Origin: Blastocatellia bacterium
Lineage (GTDB): Bacteria > Acidobacteriota > Blastocatellia > UBA7656
Direction of reading: 5' to 3'
NCBI GenBank assembly: GCA_035575515.1
Contig: DATLXU010000079.1
Location: 1 to 64,000, forward strand
Length of the DNA stretch: 64,000 bases
In this document: positions 1 through 9,048 of the stretch, piece after piece
Layout: each line of letters begins with the position of its first letter
Numbering within the stretch: the stretch's first letter is position 1
The notes under the pieces: model-generated
The model's input: only the letters and a program-made list of their open reading frames with translations
Told to the model about the DNA's origin: nothing
Database searches by the model: none
Made by a program: the position numbers and the translations under genes

Positions 1-137
1 GGCGCGGCCATCTTGCGCCCCGGCGCTGATTGGCTGCGACTGATCGCCCGGCTTGAGGACTGGTATAGGCGCAGTGTTGGGCTGTGCCATTCATCACCAC
101 TGGCTGTGGCGTGGGCTAAAGAAAAATGATTTTTTAG

Positions 138-167
138 TTGACAAAAAATTGGGGGGGGGGGTAATAT
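138..167 (+). promoter_or_regulatory. sigma70-like promoter TTGACA(138-143)-18 nt spacer-TAATAT(162-167), with an 11-G homopolymer (151-161) filling the spacer
   Basis: Read directly: perfect -35 hexamer, AT-rich -10, and a G11 tract in the spacer. Points toward the + strand gene at 453. Confidence 0.4.
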
Positions 168-375
168 ATATCGCGTTTCAGATTGGGGGCAGAGCAGGCA
201 AAGGCGGGAACTCGTTCGGAGTTCTTCAGATGGATCGCCGGTTTTTTGGCTTGCGCGTTGAGAAGTAGGGTTTGAGCCATTGTTCAGCGAAGAAGGTTTT
301 GCGTTCCTCACGTTAATCAAAGACGAAATGAAACTAGCGGGCAATTAATGCGTTCATAATTGTCCGAAGGTAATA

Positions 376-446
376 ACAGGCAAGCCGGGCCCGTACTTGG
401 CAGGTCGAAGTCTGTCTTGTCTTCAACACAACAGCTACGAAAGGAG
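376..446 (+). promoter_or_regulatory. Structured 5' leader motif, copy A: stem 378-384/416-422, conserved loop cttggcaggtcgaagt, then caacacaaca..aaggag RBS
   Basis: 24/24 nt identity with 2932-2955 and a similar flanking stem. It ends in the SD aaggag 7 nt before the ATG at 453. Confidence 0.4.
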
Positions 447-452
447 CTTGAA

Positions 453-1229
453 ATGAAAAGCAGAAAGGTTCGATTTGCGTCTCTATTTACAGGTATGGCG
501 TTTCTTCTGACAGCATTTGCTCCATTCGGAACGCAGCACGCGATGCTGCCGCCCGACCCTGAAGGTGAGTCCACAGTCGCATACACGATGATAAACACTA
601 GCGGCGATCCGTCAGGAGTAGTTTCTGCCGCCTATGTTCTGGATGATACATCCGTGGTTTTCAATGTAGAACTCACCTTTACTACGGATCAGACAGCAAC
701 GTACAGAATAGACGGCAACCTTGACACTAATACCTATACGATCACTACACTCAGTTCCAGCACAATAACTCCTACAGACCTTCCGCCAATCTACGGAGCA
801 TCAATAGCAGTTTACACTGTAAAGAACGAGAGTGGAAAAATACAAAACGGCACTATAGATGTCCTGAGATGGCGAAGAACTGGGAGTGCAGTTGGCTGGG
901 TTTGTTACAGGGATGGTTTCGAGACGTACCCAACCTCTGTCACAGGAGGGCTGACTTGGCAGATACTAAGAGGGGCGGAAGATCCGCCGTACACAACCAA
1001 CCCGTACAACACTGACGTTTACAATGACGCATGGGGCAAGTACAAGAACTATGACTTCGGGGACCCAAATCTGTCTACGGTTGCTGTTCACTACATCAAG
1101 TTAGGACATAAAAATAGCGACCCTGACAACGTTCCTACAGGCGCAATCTCCGTAAAGTTAAAGAATGAAGGGAAGCGCGACTTCCACTTTGAGTACGAAA
1201 CAAACAAGCATCTTTGCGCTGTTCCGTAA
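453..1229 (+). CDS. secreted hypothetical protein (Ser/Thr/Asn-rich)
   Basis: ATG at 453 preceded by aaggag. N-terminal signal peptide MKSRKVRFASLFTGMAFLLTAFAPFG. The track ORF 360..1229 trimmed to the RBS-supported start. Confidence 0.6.
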   Translation: MKSRKVRFASLFTGMAFLLTAFAPFGTQHAMLPPDPEGESTVAYTMINTSGDPSGVVSAAYVLDDTSVVFNVELTFTTDQTATYRIDGNLDTNTYTITTLSSSTITPTDLPPIYGASIAVYTVKNESGKIQNGTIDVLRWRRTGSAVGWVCYRDGFETYPTSVTGGLTWQILRGAEDPPYTTNPYNTDVYNDAWGKYKNYDFGDPNLSTVAVHYIKLGHKNSDPDNVPTGAISVKLKNEGKRDFHFEYETNKHLCAVP

Positions 1230-1237
1230 GCCATAAC

Positions 1238-1281
1238 AGCCGTCGCGCCAAAGCTAAAGGTCTTGGCGCGACGGTTTTCAC
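1238..1281 (+). terminator. rho-independent terminator
   Basis: GC stem cagccgtcgcgccaa / ttggcgcgacgg followed by TTTTCA, immediately after the stop of 453..1229. Confidence 0.65.
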
Positions 1282-1309
1282 TCGACTCGGTTTGTTTGGA
1301 GGTTAGATT

Positions 1310-2875
1310 ATGTCTTTCTACAAAAGTGTAATAATCAATGCTCTTTGGTCGGCAGCCGTGTTGTTGTCAGCAATGGCAACCGTACTAGCAGGCCAACGCG
1401 AAATCCGCTTCCCCATAACCGATGGCGCTATCATCGCATCTCCCGATGAAATCGGGTTCCTTTATGATAGAGAAATCGGATTTGCTTATGGCTTCGAGCT
1501 TTCGCCCAATCAATTGCCTAATAGGTTATATTCGTTCTCTGTAGCTGAGAGTAAAGTGCTTGAGGAGTTCAATCTATCTGCCGAGTTTGGGTCGGGAATA
1601 GCGCATTTGAAATTCAACGCCCATGCTGATACGGGACTCATAGCAATTGCTTCTTTTGTTGCAGGCCGCCAGAAACTGCTTGTACTGAAGTTAGATGGAT
1701 CAGGGCATTTCTCTAAGTTATGGGCCATCGCCTTTCCTACTTCTGCTGGCGGATTCCCTTCGGCAATTTTCAACGAAGACGGAACGAAGATTTACGCATT
1801 CTACAAAGATGCGAAGCCAAGACTCGCCATGATTAATGCCGAAGATGGAACCATACTTGCCGCAACCGATTTGCCAACCGATTTTCCTGACACGACTGTC
1901 GAAGCGTTGCTGCTGTTTGACAGAACAGCTAAACGACCTATTGTGATGACCGACGACGACGTGCACATATTTGCGCCTGAGTCCGAGGGATTCCGAATCG
2001 AATGGAGCAGCCCCACCCCTGTGGGAACTCTTGCGGGAAACGGTATTACCATTAGCGAAGATGGGCGATTCCTGTTTGGATACACCGGCTCTGCGGTACA
2101 TATCGATCCACCCTTAAGCACGAATAACTTTCTGGCTCTTGACCTCAAGACCAAAGAGTTTCATCAGATCCTTCTTAAGAGCAAGCTGGCGCCATCTAGC
2201 AGCGCGGTGGCTTTCCATCTGCCTTCGGGCAGTATATTCGTGCCTTATTCAGGTAAAATCAAAATCAAAAAAAGCGGATTTGAGTTTGTTGGCAAAGGGA
2301 GCAACAAGCTCGACATCCTGCAGCTAGGCGCGGATGGTCAGATCACGCAGGTGACTCAATTAATCTTCCCTGCAGGCGGTGCTGATAGCAATCTCGCTAA
2401 CTTCATAAGCCCCCATAACAACATCGCGCTTTCCGAAACAGGCGCGATTGGCTTCATATCCTCGCTCACTCTCAAGCGCATTTTTGCCTTTGACACGATG
2501 ACCGGCGAGGTCGTTAACGAAATACCTGTGCCGGATGCTCCAACATTTATCTACCGACCGGAAGGGCACGACTTGATTGTTTACGCCAACGGGACAAATA
2601 AGCTTGTGGTTCTTGATATAGACCCCAAGCCTGTCATCAGCGAAATCAAAGTGAGCAAAAAGCGCACAATGATTCGTGGCGCGAATTTCCTCTCAGGCGC
2701 TCGCGTCGAGGTCAACGGCGAAGACTTAGGCATTGCAGACCGCAACCACGATAATCCCGGTCACGAAATCACGATCAATCGAGGCAAGAAAGATTTCCCT
2801 GCGGGGCAGGATGTTACTATCGTCATCACGAACCGCGACGGGCTTAGCTCAAAGCCGTTCACGTTCAGGCGATGA
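1310..2875 (+). CDS. secreted hypothetical protein, beta-propeller-like body with a C-terminal IPT/TIG-like domain
   Basis: ggagg RBS at 1296-1300. Signal peptide MSFYKSVIINALWSAAVLLSAMATVLAG. C-terminus has a bacterial Ig-like pattern (EVNGEDLG...VTIVITNRDG). Confidence 0.6.
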   Translation: MSFYKSVIINALWSAAVLLSAMATVLAGQREIRFPITDGAIIASPDEIGFLYDREIGFAYGFELSPNQLPNRLYSFSVAESKVLEEFNLSAEFGSGIAHLKFNAHADTGLIAIASFVAGRQKLLVLKLDGSGHFSKLWAIAFPTSAGGFPSAIFNEDGTKIYAFYKDAKPRLAMINAEDGTILAATDLPTDFPDTTVEALLLFDRTAKRPIVMTDDDVHIFAPESEGFRIEWSSPTPVGTLAGNGITISEDGRFLFGYTGSAVHIDPPLSTNNFLALDLKTKEFHQILLKSKLAPSSSAVAFHLPSGSIFVPYSGKIKIKKSGFEFVGKGSNKLDILQLGADGQITQVTQLIFPAGGADSNLANFISPHNNIALSETGAIGFISSLTLKRIFAFDTMTGEVVNEIPVPDAPTFIYRPEGHDLIVYANGTNKLVVLDIDPKPVISEIKVSKKRTMIRGANFLSGARVEVNGEDLGIADRNHDNPGHEITINRGKKDFPAGQDVTIVITNRDGLSSKPFTFRR

Positions 2876-2913
2876 GGTTTAACCGATGCGGCATTCGCTC
2901 GCATAAAACAAGA

Positions 2914-2981
2914 GGCAAGACAGATCCGCAACTTGGCAGGTCGAAGTCTGTCTTGCCTCAACACAACAACTCCGAAAGGAG
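2914..2981 (+). repeat. Structured leader motif, copy B (stem ggcaagacag/ctgtcttgcc, loop cttggcaggtcgaagt, caacacaacaac, aaaggag) with no ORF following
   Basis: Near-identical to 396-446 with compensatory stem changes. It sits between the stop of 1310..2875 and the 3' end of the minus-strand gene 3025..4122. Confidence 0.4.
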
Positions 2982-3024
2982 TGTGTCGCTACAATCTTAC
3001 GACAATCTGCGAACGCAACGCAAC

Positions 3025-4122
3025 TTATTGCTCGTTTTCTTTCTTCTGTGTCCCGCGCCGGATTTCCCGCTCGATCTTGAAGCGCATGTCGCGCGGCATC
3101 ACTTCATCAATCTTGTAATCCGACGGCACTTCAAAAAGCGTGCGCGCAGGCTCGCTCCGATTTATATTCGTCAACCTGAATGTCGTTTCGCCAAATCGCG
3201 GGTCGCTGTGGCGGCTCATTACGACCGTTTGCAATTCGGGCGAGTACCACGACTCGCTCACGATATTGATCGGCTGCTCGTTGCCTATCTCGCCCGCAGG
3301 TATCGTAATAGTCGAGCGCGTGCCTTCGGCCTCTACGCCTTCAATCACCTGCTTGCCTAAAGACTCAGTCTTCGGCTCATGTCGCGGCATTTGATGATCG
3401 AACGTCCTGACCATAATGCCCTCGCCCGGCGCGGGAGGCATCGGCGGCACGGGCGGAACAGGCGCGACTGCAGCGACGGCAGGCGCTGGCGGCGGAGGCG
3501 GCGCTGGCTCATCAAACTCGCCTTGTTGCGCTCTCGCAGATCGCGGCGCTCTCACGGCTCGCGGCGCGCCGGGCGGCGCGGACGGAGCTTCCGGGTGAAG
3601 GTACATGAAATGTATGTCCATCTTACGCGCGGTCTTGTCGCGCTCATTGAGAATGTAGTTCGCGCCTGCTACAGGATCGTTGATGAAAATCATCCGTTCC
3701 GATTCGCCCGTCACAGGAAATGGGCCGACTGCGCTTATGGTCTGCTCGCGCCGCGTGCGACCTTCGCTGTCGCGATAGACCGCAGCCGTGTTCTTGCGAA
3801 CTATGCGATTGCCGTCGGCAAGCGTCTGCACGGTTTCAGTTGTAGCCTGCGCCGAATAAGGCGCGCCCTTGACAACTTTTCCATTGAAGCTCATCTCGAT
3901 TGATGAGAAGACGAAGGCGTCGCCTCCGCTTCTGGGAGCAATCATTACTTCCGCTGGCGGCGCAGGACCGTCTTGATCAGTGACGGTGACGACGACTTGC
4001 CGCTCGACATTGTCACTCTTCGCTTTCTTCTCTTTCTGCGCGGATTGACTGACGGCGCTCGCGCCACTGGCAAGCAGCGCCAGCGCGCAGACTGTGGTTA
4101 ATAGAATCTTTTGTGTTCTCAT
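3025..4122 (-). CDS. secreted proline-rich hypothetical protein
   Basis: ATG at 4122 with gagagga upstream. Signal peptide MRTQKILLTTVCALALLASGASA. PAPPPPPAPAVAAVAPVPPVPPMPPAP linker. Confidence 0.6.
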   Translation of the reverse strand: MRTQKILLTTVCALALLASGASAVSQSAQKEKKAKSDNVERQVVVTVTDQDGPAPPAEVMIAPRSGGDAFVFSSIEMSFNGKVVKGAPYSAQATTETVQTLADGNRIVRKNTAAVYRDSEGRTRREQTISAVGPFPVTGESERMIFINDPVAGANYILNERDKTARKMDIHFMYLHPEAPSAPPGAPRAVRAPRSARAQQGEFDEPAPPPPPAPAVAAVAPVPPVPPMPPAPGEGIMVRTFDHQMPRHEPKTESLGKQVIEGVEAEGTRSTITIPAGEIGNEQPINIVSESWYSPELQTVVMSRHSDPRFGETTFRLTNINRSEPARTLFEVPSDYKIDEVMPRDMRFKIEREIRRGTQKKENEQ

Positions 4123-4235
4123 AATTTCCTCTCTGATCAAAGTTGTCAGTTCCCGGTTATCAGAATGCAGATGGCTTGTAACCGGCTCCAGGAGCCGTTT
4201 TCAAGGCGGCTGCTTTCTGACAACCGACAACTGCT

Positions 4236-5066
4236 TTAACGCACGAAGCGAATTGCGCGGGCCAGCCCGTCGTTGCCAACGACGACATCGGCTTTGATGC
4301 GCTCGCCTGCGCGCTCCAGATTTATCGGCAGCCCGAACTGTGCGAGCGCCGAGCGCGGCATCTCGACGCGCACGACCTGCCCGCCTTCCATGCGCGTCAG
4401 GTTGCCGCTTTGAATCAACGGAATGAAATCGGTCGCTATCTCGGCGGTGACCGGCATTGCGTCTTTGTCTTTGCTCAGAGCGTCGTCCTTGTTTTGAGGA
4501 TTGAGTTGAGCCGTCGCCTTGGCGGTTTCGTTCTTGCGCCGGTTGACGCGCTGCGTTTGCTTCAGCGCTGCCTGATTGCCAGTTGCGTTTGCAGTCATTT
4601 GCTTATCGCCCGACAAGGAATTCTCAGGCGTAGGCTCAGTTGATTGATTGCCTATCTGCGGTTGAGATTGCGGCGCGACTCCTTCTTTCGCCCGCGCGGG
4701 CGGCGATTGCTTCTCGACGCGAAGCATGACAAGCGCGACCACGACAATAATCAATGCGATTGATGCCGCAACCGCCCATCGCAGCCAGCCGCCTGCTCGC
4801 GTCGTCACTGCTGCTTCTGCCTGTCGCCGCCTGAATGCTGCGACGAGCGCAGCCTCGACGCTCGGCGCAGCCTGCTCAGATTCCATCTTTGCAGCCAATC
4901 TCTTCAGCCCTGCGGTGAGCATCATCTCATCCGCGAGCCGCGCGCTGCAACGCTCGCACTCTTTTGCGTGAGCGTGCGCGCTCGCCTTTGCCTCCGCGTC
5001 CATAATCTGATCGCGCGCAAGGTCGTTGATTATTGATTCAAAACTATGACAGTTCATGCGAAACAC
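4236..5066 (-). CDS. anti-sigma factor, zinc-finger (HxxxCxxC) type with one TM helix
   Basis: N-terminus HAHAKECERCSARL, TM segment WAVAASIALIIVVVALVML. Overlaps the stop of the upstream ECF sigma gene. Confidence 0.6.
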   Translation of the reverse strand: MFRMNCHSFESIINDLARDQIMDAEAKASAHAHAKECERCSARLADEMMLTAGLKRLAAKMESEQAAPSVEAALVAAFRRRQAEAAVTTRAGGWLRWAVAASIALIIVVVALVMLRVEKQSPPARAKEGVAPQSQPQIGNQSTEPTPENSLSGDKQMTANATGNQAALKQTQRVNRRKNETAKATAQLNPQNKDDALSKDKDAMPVTAEIATDFIPLIQSGNLTRMEGGQVVRVEMPRSALAQFGLPINLERAGERIKADVVVGNDGLARAIRFVR

Positions 5067-5743
5067 CTCGCAGGGCTTATTGCCTGTGAAGCCCTGTCTT
5101 CATTTGTCGCGCGCAATTTTTCCACGAGCAGCGCGCGCGCACGGTGCAGCCGCGACCGGACAGTTCCAACCGCGCAGCCAATCGCCGCAGCCGCATCCGC
5201 ATAGCTCAATTCATTCAGCTCGCACAGCACAATCACCTCGCGGTAATGCGCGGGCAGCGCAAGCACCGCGTTGCGAACCGTCTCGACCATCTCGCCGCGC
5301 GTCAGATCGCCGAGCGGGTCGCCCGGCGCGATAAGATTCGTCGCGAGCGCATCCGCTTCTTCCGTCGCTTCGGTCATAGGAACATAGACGCGCTCGCGCT
5401 CGAATCGTCGCAGCACAAGGTTGCGCGCAATCCCGTAAAGGTACGCGGCGACGCTCCCGCGCGCGGGGTCGAACCTGCCAGCATCGCGCATTAGGATCAT
5501 AAAGACCTCTTGCGTGATGTCTTCGGCTATGGCGCGCGAGCCGCTCATCTGAAGAGCAAAGCGATAGACGCCAGACTGTCGCCTGCGATAAAGCTCTGTG
5601 AATGCGGCCTCGTCGCCATTTCCGATGAGCCGCAGCAGGTCGCCGTCACTGGGGGTTGCGGGCAAAATCTTTCCTCCAGTCTCGAAACGCTCAGCTTTTG
5701 CGCTGTCACAAATGATTCGCGCGAGCCGACAGAAAAGTTCCAA
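5054..5743 (-). CDS. RNA polymerase ECF-type sigma factor (sigma-24 family)
   Basis: Region 2 (DITQEVFMILMR) and region 4 (LPAHYREVIVLCELNELSYADAAAAIGCAVGTVRSRLHRAR). The track start is a TTG; the true start is uncertain. Confidence 0.75.
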   Translation of the reverse strand: MELFCRLARIICDSAKAERFETGGKILPATPSDGDLLRLIGNGDEAAFTELYRRRQSGVYRFALQMSGSRAIAEDITQEVFMILMRDAGRFDPARGSVAAYLYGIARNLVLRRFERERVYVPMTEATEEADALATNLIAPGDPLGDLTRGEMVETVRNAVLALPAHYREVIVLCELNELSYADAAAAIGCAVGTVRSRLHRARALLVEKLRATNEDRASQAISPARCFA

Positions 5744-5790
5744 AACTTATGAGCCTCTTACAACCGACGCCTTCTCGATTGAACGCGATT

Positions 5791-7062
5791 TCAGCGGCGA
5801 CACACCGCTCGCCCGCGTTTGATTACGATCTCCGCATGGTTGATCCCGAACAGGTAAGGTATCTGGCGATAGTCAGCGCAATCGAAGATGACAACATCAG
5901 CCTGCTTGCCCGCTTCAAGCGACCCAACGAGCGCCCCTCGACCAATGCTGTAAGCAGGATTAATGGTCGCAGCAGTTACGGCTTCAGCCGGAGTCAAACG
6001 CATCTGCGTGCAGGCTATCGAAAGAATCATCTGCATAGAAGGCGTGGGCGAGCTGCCGGGATTGAAGTCCGTCGCAATCGCAATAGCTAGTCCTGCCTCA
6101 ATCATTCGGCGCGCCGGAGCGTAACGCGTAAGACCGAGATTAAAGACCGCGCCCGGCAGCAAGACCGCCATCACGTTTGCTTTGATTAAAGATTCAATTC
6201 CTTCGTCGTCAATCCATTCGAGGTGATCGGCGGTCGCGGCATGAAGCTCTGCGGCAAGGCGCGCGCCGCCGCAAAGCGTCAACTGCTCGGCGTGCAGCCT
6301 CAAGCCTAAGCCAAGCTCTTTCGCGCGCGCGAGCACGTGGCGCGATTCTTCAACAGTAAAGACATGCGACTCGCAGAAAACATCGGCATACTCGGCCAAT
6401 CCTTCAGCCGCGACTCGCGGAAGCATCTCTTCGATGACAAGTCGAATATAGTCTTCGCGCGTTTTTGTTTGGCCCGTCGCGCCGCGATACTCGTCGGGGA
6501 TTTCGTGCGCGCCCAGAAAAGTCGGCACAAGCTCAAGCGGCATCTCCTCGTTTAGTCTTTTAATCACGCGGAGTATCTTCAATTCGTCTTCGAGCGAAAG
6601 CCCGTAGCCGCTCTTCGCTTCAACGGTCGTCGTGCCGTGTTCGAGCAGCCATCTCGCGCGCGGCACTGCCATCTCGAACAATTCTTCTTCCGAAGCGGCG
6701 CGAGTCTTTCTAACAGTCGAGCGGATGCCGCCGCCGCGCGCGGCAATTTCATGATAGGTCAAGCCTGCTGCGCGCATCTCGTATTCATCTTCGCGAGTGC
6801 CGGCAAAAACCGGATGCGTGTGCGCGTCAACGAATCCTGGCATGACAACTTTGCCGCGCGCGTCAATGCGCTCGGCGGCGCCTGTCGCCATAGCCTCAAC
6901 CTCAGAACCGGCTCCCAGAGCCGTTATCATGCCATCGCGGGCCAGAAGCGAGCCACCTTCGATGATTGAAAGCTCGCGCATTTCATCGCGCACGCGGGGC
7001 CGCGCCGGCCCGCTCAAGGTGACAAGCTGCGATGCGTTCGTAATCAGAAGTTCATCAGGCAT
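5791..7062 (-). CDS. hutI: imidazolonepropionase
   Basis: GFVDAHTHP, amidohydrolase fold, strong full-length similarity to HutI ([14 protein letters not shown]...KSGYGL). Confidence 0.85.
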   Translation of the reverse strand: MPDELLITNASQLVTLSGPARPRVRDEMRELSIIEGGSLLARDGMITALGAGSEVEAMATGAAERIDARGKVVMPGFVDAHTHPVFAGTREDEYEMRAAGLTYHEIAARGGGIRSTVRKTRAASEEELFEMAVPRARWLLEHGTTTVEAKSGYGLSLEDELKILRVIKRLNEEMPLELVPTFLGAHEIPDEYRGATGQTKTREDYIRLVIEEMLPRVAAEGLAEYADVFCESHVFTVEESRHVLARAKELGLGLRLHAEQLTLCGGARLAAELHAATADHLEWIDDEGIESLIKANVMAVLLPGAVFNLGLTRYAPARRMIEAGLAIAIATDFNPGSSPTPSMQMILSIACTQMRLTPAEAVTAATINPAYSIGRGALVGSLEAGKQADVVIFDCADYRQIPYLFGINHAEIVIKRGRAVCRR

Positions 7063-7072
7063 CGAATATCCG

Positions 7073-7182
7073 TAGGGGCAGGGCTTGTCCCTGCCCGAAT
7101 GGCCGACAGGCCATGACAGCGCAATTTGAAATCATTCATCGCGCTGGCGCGCGATTCTGGCAGGGACAAGCCCTGCCCCTAC
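7073..7182. repeat. Pair of REP-like palindromes, GGGGCAGGGCTTGTCCCTGCCC (7075-7096) and its copy (7159-7182), plus hairpin atggccgacaggccat (7099-7114)
   Basis: Perfect self-complementary 21-mers read directly. The same unit recurs at 18839, 19791 and 19914. Confidence 0.6.
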
Positions 7183-7268
7183 ATGGGAAATCCGCGTTGT
7201 GTTATAGTGACCGCCGTGACGACCCCGTCAGGTCGCGTTCAAATCATAAAGTGATAAAGGCAAAGCTA

Positions 7269-8957
7269 ATGTCCGACACACTGGTAGGAACAGTCAAGGG
7301 ACCGGGCGAGAAACCGCACGAGTTCATCTTCATAACGACAGACAACGAGCGCACGCGCATCGGCGAATTCATCTATTACGTCGCGCGTGCGGCCGTAGCC
7401 GAGCGGCAAATAATCGGGACCATCACCGAGCGCAGCCTGGTTCGCTCATTGCCCGACAGTTTTCTTGCAGACCCCGAAACGCCACCTGCGATGGTCGCCG
7501 CGATGATAGGACTTGAAGACGAGGGCGCAGAGCTTTTCGAGATAACCGTCGCCGTCATCGGCTACTTCGACGACGAGCTATCGGACTTCGTCAACCCGCG
7601 CATACCGCCAATGCCCGGCCAGCAGATTTACCTCGCGCCTTCTGAGCTGCTCGCGCGCGTGCTGTCGCCTCGACGAAAAGGCGAGCGCGGCGCAGCTCAC
7701 ATCGGCAGCCTCCTCACGCGCGAGGCGGGCGAAGTGCCCGTCGTGCTCTCGGTCAAAGACATTGTCTCGACTCACCTAGCTGTATTGGCTTCGACGGGCG
7801 CGGGCAAGAGCTACACCGCAGCCGTGCTGATCGAAGAGCTGATGAAATCAGAGAACCGCTCCGCCGTTTTGATTATTGACCCGCACGGCGAGTATGACAC
7901 CCTGCAAGACATCAAGCGCGCCGAGTTCAAAGGTTATTTCTCATCGGACGGCTACGAGCCTGAGGTGAGAATACTCAGGCCCGAAAAAGTCAAAGTCCGA
8001 TTCGACAGCCTTGAGTTTGCAGACATCTGTTACCTGCTGCCTGAGATGACCGACAAGATGCGTCACTTTTTAGGGAACGCCTTTCGCACGATGCGCGAGC
8101 GCGCGGGCAAGTACGGCCACTATACGATTCGGGATTTGATGGACGCTGTGGCAGAACAGCGATTCGGCGACGATGAAGGAAACCGCGCGGGCAACATCAG
8201 CACGATTGACGGACTGGAGTGGCGATTGAATGATCGCTTTCGCGGCTACACCAGGCATCAGATCTTTTCAGACAGCGAGCATAACGCGCTCGTCGAGCTT
8301 TTCATGCCCGGCCAGTGCACGGTGCTTCAGCTCGCGGACATTGACGAGAAAGAGCAGCAGGTGATTGTTGGGACTCTGCTGCGCCGCGCGATACTCGCGC
8401 GCATGGCGACGCATAAATCGGAAGTGACTGACCCGACGAGCGAGCGTTACTTGCCTTATCCTGTTTTCGTGCTGCTCGAAGAAGCGCACCGATTCGCGCC
8501 CGCAGGTCAAACCGTAGTTTCGACGAACGTGCTGAAGCAGATACTTTCCGAGGGGCGCAAGTTCGGCGTCGGCGTCGGACTTATCACGCAGCGACCGGGC
8601 AAGCTCGATGCGGATGTTTTGTCGCAGTGCATGACTCAATTCATCATGCGAATTGTGAATCCGATTGATCAGGACACGATCGCAAAGACCGTCGAAGGCG
8701 CGGGCCGACGAATGCTCGATGAATTGCCCGCGCTCACGAAGGGTCAGTTGATCGTTTCGGGCGTTGCTATAAATACGCCTGTGATGTGCCAGGTGCGAAA
8801 GCGATTGACGCGGCACGGCGGCGAGACGATTGACGCGCCTTCGGAGTGGGCGAAGTATCATTCAAATTCAAGCCGCGAGCGCCGCGACCGTGAGCGCGCC
8901 GTGCTTGTGAAGCCTCAGCCGAAATCGGGCGGGCGCATCGGCGGCATCGAGATTTGA
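7269..8957 (+). CDS. HerA-like FtsK/HerA-superfamily ATPase (HAS-barrel + DUF87-type P-loop)
   Basis: Walker A LASTGAGKSYTAAV. Other motifs: VLIIDPHGEY, VFVLLEEAHRFAP, GLITQRPGKLD. N-terminal barrel GTVKGPGEKPHEFIFI. ATG at 7269; the track ORF from 7113 runs through the REP and is rejected. Confidence 0.7.
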   Translation: MSDTLVGTVKGPGEKPHEFIFITTDNERTRIGEFIYYVARAAVAERQIIGTITERSLVRSLPDSFLADPETPPAMVAAMIGLEDEGAELFEITVAVIGYFDDELSDFVNPRIPPMPGQQIYLAPSELLARVLSPRRKGERGAAHIGSLLTREAGEVPVVLSVKDIVSTHLAVLASTGAGKSYTAAVLIEELMKSENRSAVLIIDPHGEYDTLQDIKRAEFKGYFSSDGYEPEVRILRPEKVKVRFDSLEFADICYLLPEMTDKMRHFLGNAFRTMRERAGKYGHYTIRDLMDAVAEQRFGDDEGNRAGNISTIDGLEWRLNDRFRGYTRHQIFSDSEHNALVELFMPGQCTVLQLADIDEKEQQVIVGTLLRRAILARMATHKSEVTDPTSERYLPYPVFVLLEEAHRFAPAGQTVVSTNVLKQILSEGRKFGVGVGLITQRPGKLDADVLSQCMTQFIMRIVNPIDQDTIAKTVEGAGRRMLDELPALTKGQLIVSGVAINTPVMCQVRKRLTRHGGETIDAPSEWAKYHSNSSRERRDRERAVLVKPQPKSGGRIGGIEI

Positions 8958-8991
8958 TCCGCGAAGCGACGCGAATAATTACGAATGAGAG

Positions 8992-9019
8992 AAGGCCGCG
9001 AGTTTTATACTCACGGCCT
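8992..9019. terminator. convergent-gene hairpin aaggccgcgag-ttttatac-ctcacggcct
   Basis: Imperfect GC stem between the convergent HerA (+) and S8 protease (-) genes. Confidence 0.3.
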
Positions 9020-9048
9020 ATGGTTTGTCTGACTCCAAGCGAACGACT

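Noticed and set aside
53-268. 71-aa ORF spanning the poly-G promoter
   Set aside because: It contains the G11 tract as GGGG codons and has no RBS; better explained as a promoter or leader region.
2872-3360. ORFs 2872..3360 and 2933..3118 overlapping leader-motif copy B
   Set aside because: They need TTG starts with no usable SD spacing and overlap the well-supported minus-strand gene 3025..4122.
7113-7268. N-terminal 52 codons of track ORF 7113..8957 ([12 protein letters not shown]...)
   Set aside because: They read straight through the REP palindromes and have no protein-like composition. The ATG at 7269 begins the HerA HAS-barrel.
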